Of a stretch of DNA of 64,000 nt, positions 56,003 through 64,000 are shown piece by piece. The notes beneath the pieces were generated by a model. It had not been told where the DNA came from. It saw only the letters and a list, made by a program, of their open reading frames with translations, and did no database searches. This DNA comes from Minisyncoccia bacterium (lineage in GTDB: Bacteria > Patescibacteriota > Minisyncoccia > Phycocordibacterales > SBAW01). The position numbers and the translations under genes were made by a program. The stretch's first letter is position 1, and each line of letters starts with the position of its first letter. The stretch lies in contig JBEKSG010000003.1 of assembly GCA_049997855.1 (NCBI GenBank), positions 4,154-68,153 on the forward strand, read 5' to 3'.

Positions 56003-57227
56003 CACCCCACAACTCGCGGGTGCCTTTGGTAGTAAAGGAGAGGTAGTGTTCGTCCGGCGAAAGCGCCATTTCTAAAATATCGGAAGCAACACCGCCGTCT
56101 GTACCTCCCGGCGAGGCAACAACGTTTTCAGCGGCAAGATTTGTATATATCCTAAAAATATTATCAGCAGAACTGGCAAGCCCTTGATGCCAAAGGTCAA
56201 GGTAATTTGCCGGGACGGATTGTATAGGTGCCGCGCAGTACATCACGGTATTTGTAATGTTGTCCCAAATACATTGTTCAGGAGACGGATTTATAGGAAG
56301 AAGCGCATTAAGTCCGCTTTTCACATCATGTAAATATGAGGTTTTGGTTGTGCCGTCAGATATCTGATATAGGAGCATAGAGAAAGCAGAATTAGCCGTT
56401 GCCGTCAGCCCCTCTGCATATACCAGTGGCGTTACTGCCCCGCTTTTTGCATCGACTGAAAATACTATACCCGGTACTCCCACTGACAATTTGCTTTGCA
56501 CTAAAAGAGTGCTTGGTGCCGGCCAGGAGACAAGCACTTGTGCAAGCGGAAGGGAAAAAAGTTTTTTAGCGCCGATGCCGTCGGATTTTGCAATGTAGCC
56601 GCTTGAGCCGTCTGATGTTTTGAGCAAGTAGGCAACGTTTTTGCCGTCAGGAGAGGCGGCGAGGTCGATGATATTGTCAGGCAAAAATTGTATGCGCGTT
56701 GCCGCAAGTTGAGTGCTCGTGGTCGCTGCGGGCAATCCGAGATATACGCTTTTAACCGTTGCTCCGTCGGTGTCGATATATTGCAAAATCGCGGCATTGC
56801 CCTGCTCAAGCCACACCACCTGCTCAATGCCCGGGATCGTTACATCAGAGACAACACGCGGCACGGCGCCCGGCACATCAAGAGGCGCATCATACACGTG
56901 GCCATCCTCCTGGTTTACATATCGCGCGAGCGTGGTGGTCGGGTGCAATGTTTGTATAAGCGTCGCTCCCGCAATTGGGCCGCCATTTATTTCAAATATT
57001 TTTTGCGTTGCCGATTGCGAAGCTGGCAGCGTGCCATTGGTTGCGGTGTTGGTGTTGGTGTTTGTGTTAGGCGTAGCCGTTGTAGTGTTGCTTGTCGAAG
57101 TGCCAAATAATGCGGTAGTTGATATAGTTGATGTGGCAGAAGAGCGGAAAAAGAAAAACCAAATAATTAACACCGAGAATGTTACAATCCCCACAAGAAT
57201 TAAACTTAATTTAAGTGTTTGCGTCAT
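55986..57227 (-). CDS. Membrane-anchored beta-propeller-like protein
   Basis: N-terminal TM, Thr/Asn linker, SPDG and SPDE blade motifs. Confidence 0.75.
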   Translation of the reverse strand: MTQTLKLSLILVGIVTFSVLIIWFFFFRSSATSTISTTALFGTSTSNTTTATPNTNTNTNTATNGTLPASQSATQKIFEINGGPIAGATLIQTLHPTTTLARYVNQEDGHVYDAPLDVPGAVPRVVSDVTIPGIEQVVWLEQGNAAILQYIDTDGATVKSVYLGLPAATTSTQLAATRIQFLPDNIIDLAASPDGKNVAYLLKTSDGSSGYIAKSDGIGAKKLFSLPLAQVLVSWPAPSTLLVQSKLSVGVPGIVFSVDAKSGAVTPLVYAEGLTATANSAFSMLLYQISDGTTKTSYLHDVKSGLNALLPINPSPEQCIWDNITNTVMYCAAPIQSVPANYLDLWHQGLASSADNIFRIYTNLAAENVVASPGGTDGGVASDILEMALSPDEHYLSFTTKGTRELWGVRLAQ

Positions 57228-58249
57228 TGTTTATAGCAATATTGTTGCCAAATCCACGGTGCCCATTTATATCCCGCGTTTGCGCCTGTAGCATCTGTAG
57301 CATTTGTGCAGCTTTCTGGTGTTGTATAAGCTGGCAAATAACAATAAGCTCCACTGCCAGAACCAATACTTGAACCCTGAGTCCAGACTGCTCCTTGTCC
57401 TAAATTCGAACATGCTTGCGCAGCTGCTTCGTCAGAGTTTCGCAAACATGTAGTAGTCCATATGCCGGCATTGGTTATGTTACCGCAGTACTGAGCCGTA
57501 CCACAACCTTCCGGAAAATCGCCGCAAGGTGGTGCTGTAGCTTGCGCAGGGTTGTTAGAGTTATTGTTTGAGGTGTTTGAGTTTGCCGTAACTGTACAAA
57601 GTCCTTGTTGTTGCATGTCTTGCGTGCACGGATTTAAATTAAAACTAAGCAATTTAGGATTAATAGTGTTAAGGATAAGCCACGAAGCTGCGATGAGCAC
57701 TATTCCCCACAATGCAGCTTGTGCTCTTTTAAGACCTTCTTGTTTTGTCTTAATTGTGCTGGAAACCATGTACTCGATGCCGCCGACGGTGAGCATGAGT
57801 ACTGCAAGCAATGCGCCGACACTGATGAGGATAGTAAAAATGGCGTTCACAATAGTCGGCAGATTGCCAGGATTGGTAAGATCGGGGTTGGTAGTAAGCC
57901 CTGGTATAGGCTCAAGCGCCTGGTATGGCAGGTTAGTACCAGTATTTGCAGGCGCTGTTGCTGCCGGAGTTGCTGGAGCTGTCGTCTCTCCTCCTGTAGT
58001 TTGAAATTGATTCATAGGATAGCTGGTCACGGTAGGACTCGCTCCGTTAAGATTTGCTCCTCCTGTCGCAGAGTTAACGCCAGCTGTCGGCGCCGTGTAG
58101 GAATTTCCGCTGGTATCAATTGGTTGAGATGTCAAAGTAGGCGCAGCAGTAGTGTTGACCGGCGCTAGTGTGCCGTATTGTGCATTCGCAACGTGCGGAA
58201 TGCCCAGTATTACGCTAAAAAAGATTAGAAAGAGTAGATTTTTTTTCAT
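57224..58249 (-). CDS. CPR T4SS-pilin-like membrane protein with Cys-rich C-terminus
   Basis: Signal peptide, LEPIPG, GGIEYM.S..A..G..LI..SWLILNTINP. Confidence 0.75.
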   Translation of the reverse strand: MKKNLLFLIFFSVILGIPHVANAQYGTLAPVNTTAAPTLTSQPIDTSGNSYTAPTAGVNSATGGANLNGASPTVTSYPMNQFQTTGGETTAPATPAATAPANTGTNLPYQALEPIPGLTTNPDLTNPGNLPTIVNAIFTILISVGALLAVLMLTVGGIEYMVSSTIKTKQEGLKRAQAALWGIVLIAASWLILNTINPKLLSFNLNPCTQDMQQQGLCTVTANSNTSNNNSNNPAQATAPPCGDFPEGCGTAQYCGNITNAGIWTTTCLRNSDEAAAQACSNLGQGAVWTQGSSIGSGSGAYCYLPAYTTPESCTNATDATGANAGYKWAPWIWQQYCYKQ

Positions 58250-59280
58250 AGTCCAAAGAGGCCGCTGCTCGACGATTGCGTGCCAAAGATTATTTGGAGC
58301 GCGGCATTAGCTGCTTGTACCAGCTTGTCGGTATCGTTGTTTTGGAGTGACACGCCAAGCGTGGCGCTGCCGCTCCCCGAGCCGGATTGGAGCAAAGTGA
58401 GCTCTCCGTTTTCGGCGTTTGGCCCGGTGGTGTCGTTGCCGTTGAGCGTCCATGCATAAGTGAGCGCACCGTTTACCAAACTGCTGTTAGAAAAAAAGTA
58501 TGGTACGGCCTGCACGGTGAGCTCGTTGCCGTTGAGCGAAATCCCGGCGGGCAGTGCCGAGTCAAAAATGATTCCGCGCAGGGGGTCTTTGTCGTAGAGT
58601 ACGAGCTCCGGGTCGGTGGCAGGTATGACCACCGAGCCTGTGCCCACTTTGTTGGCGCCGTAATACACGTCTACCGACACGTCCTCCTCTTTTTGGAGTT
58701 GGCTGCCGGTAAAGGTGAGAGAGTTTTGACCAAGTCCCGACTGATCTGGCAGAGGGTCGCTGTCGAGCGTCCATTGAAACGAGAGAGCGCTTACAGAAAA
58801 GCTGCTGCCATTAACCGCGATGCTCGGGAACGCGACCACTTTAACATCCGAGCCACCGCTGTAGAGTGCTTTGCCTTTGTAGAGCGGCGGCACGGTAGTA
58901 TCCGCCTCCCATACGAGATTGATTGATGAAGGGATAAACGTCCAACTGTTGGTGAGCGTGCCCTGTGTTGCAGAATTAACCGTTACTTTTATCTGTGTCT
59001 CGGTGCCGATTGACCCCGTAGTAAAAGTAAAGTCGCGCTGGCCAACGCCTTGTGACACTACCGTGCCGTTTTGGCTCCAGGTGATGGTTGAATTGCCGAC
59101 AAAGGTGCCAACGCCTTGCACCTCGATGGTTACTTGCGTATTTGGTCCCGGTGTTTCGGGCGAGACGACATATTGTATAGGCGCAGGCACAACGCCCGAT
59201 GTTTGGGCGTGTGCCGCTCCCCCCGCACAAAGCAATGCGGCGCAGAGCAAAAAAAGACACTTAAGCGGCTTTTTGTACAT
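58246..59280 (-). CDS. Secreted Ig-like beta-rich protein
   Basis: Signal peptide (..AHA|Q), WEADT.VPP.YKGKAL, YAWTLNG. Confidence 0.75.
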   Translation of the reverse strand: MYKKPLKCLFLLCAALLCAGGAAHAQTSGVVPAPIQYVVSPETPGPNTQVTIEVQGVGTFVGNSTITWSQNGTVVSQGVGQRDFTFTTGSIGTETQIKVTVNSATQGTLTNSWTFIPSSINLVWEADTTVPPLYKGKALYSGGSDVKVVAFPSIAVNGSSFSVSALSFQWTLDSDPLPDQSGLGQNSLTFTGSQLQKEEDVSVDVYYGANKVGTGSVVIPATDPELVLYDKDPLRGIIFDSALPAGISLNGNELTVQAVPYFFSNSSLVNGALTYAWTLNGNDTTGPNAENGELTLLQSGSGSGSATLGVSLQNNDTDKLVQAANAALQIIFGTQSSSSGLFGL

Positions 59281-59815
59281 AGGGTTTAAAATTGTCGTTG
59301 GCGGCCCTCGTAATGCCGTCAAAGTTTTTCGTTTGGAGTGTTGGGCGTGTGTGCTCTTGCGGAGTTTCACTGTCGTTTGCGGGAGCCTGTGCGATGGTTA
59401 CCGGTTTTGTGCTCAGTGTTGTGTTTTTTATGCCTTGCACGGTTCCTGTTACATTACCGCTTGCAGCAGCGGTAGCAGTCTGCACCAGTCCAATGGCTTT
59501 CCCCGCGAGACCTCCTTCTTTGCTCATATCCTGTACAATCCCCGCGATAACAATGCCTAACCAAAATGGTAAAAAGTCGAGACCGGGGATAAGGCTGCCA
59601 ATAAATCCTGCCGGACCCCATGTGGGATGATACATGCCGTTTGTTACTAAAAGCAGCATGAGCCCGCTACCCATAGTGACATTGATACAAAAACTAAATA
59701 CCAAAGCGAGCGCAATACCGACGCCGGGGATTAACACAAGTCCTGCCGAGACACCGCACGTAAGGCCTGTGATGAAAAGAGCGTAGAGAAGAAGAAAAAT
59801 ATACAAAGGCTTCAT
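59261..59815 (-). CDS. Hypothetical membrane protein
   Basis: Several TM segments, IPGLDFLPFW. Confidence 0.65.
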   Translation of the reverse strand: MKPLYIFLLLYALFITGLTCGVSAGLVLIPGVGIALALVFSFCINVTMGSGLMLLLVTNGMYHPTWGPAGFIGSLIPGLDFLPFWLGIVIAGIVQDMSKEGGLAGKAIGLVQTATAAASGNVTGTVQGIKNTTLSTKPVTIAQAPANDSETPQEHTRPTLQTKNFDGITRAANDNFKPYVQKAA

Positions 59816-59819
59816 AGCG

Positions 59820-61664
59820 TTATTGTACCGCGTTTGGCGGAGTTCCCGATTGTGCATCGGCGAGGTCTGCGCGCTGTTTGCGCAAGGCCAGTACCTGGCT
59901 CGGGTCGGAGGTAATAATCTGATCTTCGGTGTAAGAGGCTATTACTTTGATGGCCACATGTTTGAGCCCGGCAAAAAATATTCCCTCCCCCACGTCGCTC
60001 TCGAGGAGCAAAAACTTTTCTTCGTCCGAGAGGTTAAAGGTTTTTTGCAGATTGTCGATGGTGGTCGGCGATTGCTTGAGCAAAATTTGTATCGATGAGT
60101 TGGTAATCATCGGCAAACCGTACGGCGACTTTAAAAAGTCATCGACGTCTTGGGTGATGGTTGCAAGGCCGAGATAATATTTACGGCCGCGCTTTGCCAT
60201 GCTGTAAAGAAAGCTCGCCGTGTCGTCGCTTTTCATCATCCACCACGCCTCGTCAATAACCAGAAGGCGCTTTTTAAGATTTTTGCGGACCGTGTTCCAT
60301 ATAAAGTGCGTGATGATGTACATGGCCACAGGCTTCAAGTCATCCTCCATGTCGCGCACCGAGAAGACGACGAACTTTTTGTTGATATCGACGTTGGTTG
60401 GTTGGTTGATAAATCCGCTCCACGTGCCCTTGGTATATTTTGAGAGGCGTTGTACCAAACTCTCACTCCCCTCCATTCCGGCCAACACAAGCTCAAAGTC
60501 GGAGAGGAGCGGCGGCTCTATCTCGGCAAAGTTGCTGTCGACCGTAATATCCTTGAGCGCGTACGTTTCGGTGATAGCGCGGTCGATGATGGCATCTTCC
60601 TCGGGCGTGAGACCACCAAGCATGATGCGAAAGAGGCCCACGAGCGCCACGATGTTGCTGCGCAAGATGTCGGCCGCGCTTTCGTCCTCGCGCGGTGGCG
60701 CCAAGTCAAACGGGTTAATGTGGTGTTCGGAGTTGAGAGAAATGTTAAAGTAGCGCCCGCCGACCGCTTGCGCCAAAAACTCGTACTCGCGCTCCGGATC
60801 GATAACGATAACCTCGGTATCAAACATAAGCGTGCGCAAAATCTCAAGCTTGGTCGCGTAGCTTTTGCCGGAGCCCGACTTGGCAAAAATGACCGAGTTG
60901 TAGTTTTCCAAGCTAAACCGGTCAAACAACACCAGGCTGGCATTGTGGCGGTTAACGCCGTAGAGGATGCCTTTGTCGCTCGTGAGGTCGAACGAAACAA
61001 ACGGGAAGATTGAAGAGAGGGGCGAGGAATTTAATTTTGAGTTGACGTTGAGTTCGTCGAGACCGATGGGCAACACGCTTTTAAAACCCTGCTCCTGCTG
61101 GAAGAGCGCCGGTTTGACATACACAAGCCTGCTCTCGAGCATCGACTTAATCTCGCTCTCGGCCTTGTCCAAATCCTCGGCGGTTTTGTCATAGATGGTG
61201 ATATATACGCCGACATCGAAAAGTTTTTCCTGCGCCTGTTGGAGCTGGTCGCGCAAGTTCTCGAGGTCTTGGTAGGCGGTGTCGAGCACCGGGTCGCGCA
61301 CCATGCCCTTTTCTTCTCGCACCATAATCTGGCTTTGCACCTCGGCCACCTTTTTTTGGAATTTTTTGAGCATGTCTGCCGAATCGAGCGGATGGATAAA
61401 AATGGAAATATCAAGCACGCGGTCGAGATTGATGACAGGCGCAAACCAGCTGTCGGTGAGGATGCGCGGGTATGACATGACAAAAAACGTGCGCGCGATT
61501 TTGTCGCCCAGGTTTATCTCGCGCGGCGTTATCTTAAGCGCGGAGGGCGCGATGACATCTTGAAGCTCGAGCACGCCCTCTTTGTATATTTGCTCGGGCA
61601 AAATGGGCGCCACCGGCACGGCGGCCGGAGTTTGTTTTGTCTTTAAAAAGTCGAGGAGTGCCAT
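59820..61664 (-). CDS. VirB4/TraC-like conjugation-type ATPase
   Basis: AKSGSGKS, IDPEREY, INPFD, IDEAW, KRGRKY, ITQD. Confidence 0.92.
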   Translation of the reverse strand: MALLDFLKTKQTPAAVPVAPILPEQIYKEGVLELQDVIAPSALKITPREINLGDKIARTFFVMSYPRILTDSWFAPVINLDRVLDISIFIHPLDSADMLKKFQKKVAEVQSQIMVREEKGMVRDPVLDTAYQDLENLRDQLQQAQEKLFDVGVYITIYDKTAEDLDKAESEIKSMLESRLVYVKPALFQQEQGFKSVLPIGLDELNVNSKLNSSPLSSIFPFVSFDLTSDKGILYGVNRHNASLVLFDRFSLENYNSVIFAKSGSGKSYATKLEILRTLMFDTEVIVIDPEREYEFLAQAVGGRYFNISLNSEHHINPFDLAPPREDESAADILRSNIVALVGLFRIMLGGLTPEEDAIIDRAITETYALKDITVDSNFAEIEPPLLSDFELVLAGMEGSESLVQRLSKYTKGTWSGFINQPTNVDINKKFVVFSVRDMEDDLKPVAMYIITHFIWNTVRKNLKKRLLVIDEAWWMMKSDDTASFLYSMAKRGRKYYLGLATITQDVDDFLKSPYGLPMITNSSIQILLKQSPTTIDNLQKTFNLSDEEKFLLLESDVGEGIFFAGLKHVAIKVIASYTEDQIITSDPSQVLALRKQRADLADAQSGTPPNAVQ

Positions 61665-61668
61665 AGTG

Positions 61669-62337
61669 TTATTGGGCAATCTGTGTTACCTGCAAAGGCT
61701 TTTCGAGCTCGCCCGGATTAAAGAGCTTGTAAAACAACTCTATCACCTCCTCGGTGCCGAGGTTCACGATGCGCACGCCGGTGCGCACCAGCCCTTGCTC
61801 GACAACCGAGACGCGCTGCTCAAGCTGGGTGCGATATTGCTCAAACTGCTCGTTCGTAAGCGTGGCTGAGCCGCCCGAACCGGAAGGAAACAGTGAGCCA
61901 ATCGCGCCGCCGATGCCGCCTCCGCGCACCATAAGCGCCGGGTCGTACGGCACCACGATAAAAAAGTTTTTGGTCATGATATTTGCGCGCGAGGTAAAGT
62001 CTTTGATAAACGCCATATACTCGCGTATTTGTATCTTCATCAAATCGTCGAGCTCTTGCGCATAGCGGTCTTCGAGGAGTGCGATGTACGGGCGGATGTC
62101 GAGGTCGCGGCTTTCGATAAAAAATTGCACGGTAAACTCGAGCGAGTTTAAAAAGTTTTGAAACTGTCCGATAATCGCCTGCTGTTCGTCGGCGCCCTTG
62201 AGCGCGAGGTTGATGGATGATGCCATGAGTATCGAGCGCAGAGAGCCATCTTTAAGTATGACAATACCGTCGCGTACCTCCTTGATGGGTACAAATTCCT
62301 GTGTGGCCTGCGCTTTTATCGGGATGTTGGTTGGCAT
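61669..62337 (-). CDS. Conserved VirB4-associated protein
   Basis: TQEFVPIKEVRDG, INLALK..EQ..I..FQNFLNSL; lies between PrgI-like and VirB4 genes. Confidence 0.8.
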   Translation of the reverse strand: MPTNIPIKAQATQEFVPIKEVRDGIVILKDGSLRSILMASSINLALKGADEQQAIIGQFQNFLNSLEFTVQFFIESRDLDIRPYIALLEDRYAQELDDLMKIQIREYMAFIKDFTSRANIMTKNFFIVVPYDPALMVRGGGIGGAIGSLFPSGSGGSATLTNEQFEQYRTQLEQRVSVVEQGLVRTGVRIVNLGTEEVIELFYKLFNPGELEKPLQVTQIAQ

Positions 62338-62348
62338 ATCTTTGGCAC

Positions 62349-62795
62349 TTATATTTCAAAACCCGTGGGTGTGGTATCGACCACACCCATCGTGCTCCTG
62401 TCTTTTATATTGAGCGACCAAGCCAAATCTTTGAGCTTGCTGTTGGAAAGTTTAGGCACGCCGAGCGTGGTCATAGCCGCGGCGGGAGCCTGCGCGACCG
62501 CCGAGGGAGTTTTTGCGCTGTGCTGCCTCCACAAATAGAGCTTGTGGCCAAAAAAGTAGCCAAACGCATGTTCGAGTACCACGATAAACGGCCGCCCATT
62601 AACCTTGTAAAATGCAAGCGCGAAACCGAGCGCGATAAAAGGGAGCATACAAAGCACCGCGATGTAGAGCGGCAGCAGGGTAAAAAACAAAAGGCATATG
62701 CCGCCCGCGCCCGCGAGATAAATAAACTGCTTGAAAGTAAGCGGCCCAAATATCTTGTCTTCGATTTCGATAAATTGAGGGACCTGATAGCGCAT
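62349..62795 (-). CDS. PrgI-family membrane protein
   Basis: YQVPQFIEIEDKIFGPLTFKQF, two TMs, NGRPF. Confidence 0.88.
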   Translation of the reverse strand: MRYQVPQFIEIEDKIFGPLTFKQFIYLAGAGGICLLFFTLLPLYIAVLCMLPFIALGFALAFYKVNGRPFIVVLEHAFGYFFGHKLYLWRQHSAKTPSAVAQAPAAAMTTLGVPKLSNSKLKDLAWSLNIKDRSTMGVVDTTPTGFEI

Positions 62796-62836
62796 TAGCT
62801 ATAGTATATCGCAAAAATATCGCCACTCTCCCCTTT

Positions 62837-63505
62837 TTAGTCGATAGGTTCGCGATACGGATCGGCTTTGTATGCGGGAGCCGGATTTATTTTGGGCGCA
62901 ACCGGCGCAGGCATTGCTCCCGTATCAACTTTTTTAACTTCGCCCTCGGGTGATTTAGCGACCGGCGGCAAACTCACCGTCGGCTCGCTCAACATCACAT
63001 CGGCTTCGGGCATTTGAGGTGCAGGAGTAGCTGCTTTTGCCGGAGCCGAAGTTGCAGGCGCATCAATTTGCATATCAGTGGAGAGAGGAGCGGGCGCAGG
63101 GGTTGGTGCAATTGGAGCGCTTGGAGCACCGGCAGGAGCTGCCGCAGAAGCTGCCATAGCCGAAGACACGATGACAGACTTTCCGTTATCGGTTTTTTTC
63201 ATTGCATCGCGGATTTTATCGAGCAGTAATAGATTAATATCTGCGACAATGGCATTGCTTTTTGTCATATCAACCTCCAATGTGTCGCTAATATTTTGCG
63301 GTAACTCTTGCAGCTGGCTAATACCAATCATGGCGGCGGCCACTTCGCTCTCCAACTCGCCAATTTGGTCTATGTGCAACTGATGTTTGGTGCCGATTTG
63401 CTGTATAACAGCATCCATCTGCGGGCTGTAGAGCAATGCTTTAACCTCTGGCGGCAAAGCGTCTATAAGCTTTTGTATTTCGTCTGAATTTGTGGAGTCA
63501 GCCAT
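62837..63505 (-). CDS. Conserved hypothetical protein with Pro/Ala-rich tail ending DPYREPID
   Basis: IGTKHQLHIDQ, terminal DPYREP. Confidence 0.75.
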   Translation of the reverse strand: MADSTNSDEIQKLIDALPPEVKALLYSPQMDAVIQQIGTKHQLHIDQIGELESEVAAAMIGISQLQELPQNISDTLEVDMTKSNAIVADINLLLLDKIRDAMKKTDNGKSVIVSSAMAASAAAPAGAPSAPIAPTPAPAPLSTDMQIDAPATSAPAKAATPAPQMPEADVMLSEPTVSLPPVAKSPEGEVKKVDTGAMPAPVAPKINPAPAYKADPYREPID

Positions 63506-63517
63506 ATGATCATTATA

Positions 63518-64000
63518 CTACTTCCCTTCAACTTTAAACTCACCCTCATTGTTGGTGCCGCCGACATCTTTAGGGATGTCTTTAACTTGTTCTTCGAGCT
63601 TGGTAATTTTCTCGAGAGCTTTTTTAAGTTGTTTGGCGGCTAGGCCCGCTCGTGTCCTTTCCGCTCTTTCTGCGGGATCATTCATGTTGAGCGTTTTATC
63701 ATCTCGAATTTTTTCCTGCTCTTCTAGGGAGTCTTCAATTTCTTTCTTCATCTTTTTCGCCGAACCTAAATTGACATTGAAAGTTGTGCCATGAACTGGC
63801 TTAACGGCGGAACCAAGCGTTTTTAGATCGACATGGAGCGTTTGGAGCTGTGTATGGAGCTCTCCTAGTTTTTTAAGTTGCTCCTTTGACTCGCCCAAGG
63901 GCGCTTTTGTGGACGTCTCGTTCCACTTACGTTCGAGTGTCTCCTTTTCCGTTCTGTTGTATTTAAGACTTTCCTTAATTGCCTTCATTTGTTTGTCGGA
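63518..64000 (-). CDS. C-terminal part of a coiled-coil protein, probably truncated by the window edge
   Basis: Frame open to the window end; K/E-rich helical sequence. Confidence 0.6.
   Translation of the reverse strand, partial: SDKQMKAIKESLKYNRTEKETLERKWNETSTKAPLGESKEQLKKLGELHTQLQTLHVDLKTLGSAVKPVHGTTFNVNLGSAKKMKKEIEDSLEEQEKIRDDKTLNMNDPAERAERTRAGLAAKQLKKALEKITKLEEQVKDIPKDVGGTNNEGEFKVEGK

Overview
Core-genome segment around the replication origin of a Patescibacteria (CPR, Parcubacteria-like) chromosome using genetic code 11 (dnaA, ruvA and polA end in TGA). It carries dnaA/dnaN/rpmH/rnpA/yidC, thymidylate and folate genes, ruvABC, polA, tyrS, murE, PBP1A, a PilB/GspE ATPase, eight tRNAs, two toxin-antitoxin pairs and the start of the CPR PrgI/VirB4 (T4SS-like) cluster. 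Main observations: (1) a DsbA-family gene with an in-frame TGA exactly at the second Cys of CxxC (CPY-UGA), a candidate selenoprotein or UGA-recoded gene; (2) an ~8.6 kb serine-recombinase element in tRNA-Arg(GCG) whose attachment core lies inside the integrase gene, so excision would give the integrase a new 27-aa C-terminus, and which carries three structured RNA-like blocks; (3) several families of short palindromes inserted in-frame into housekeeping genes (ruvX, trmH, tsaE, rluA, holA), some with intergenic siblings; (4) a covarying double-hairpin element ~47 nt downstream of two tRNAs; (5) a G9 tract that frameshifts a large peptidoglycan-binding surface protein (candidate phase variation); (6) further unassigned structured intergenic regions and a recurring leaderless-type promoter layout. 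All assignments come from reading the sequence; no database searches were run.
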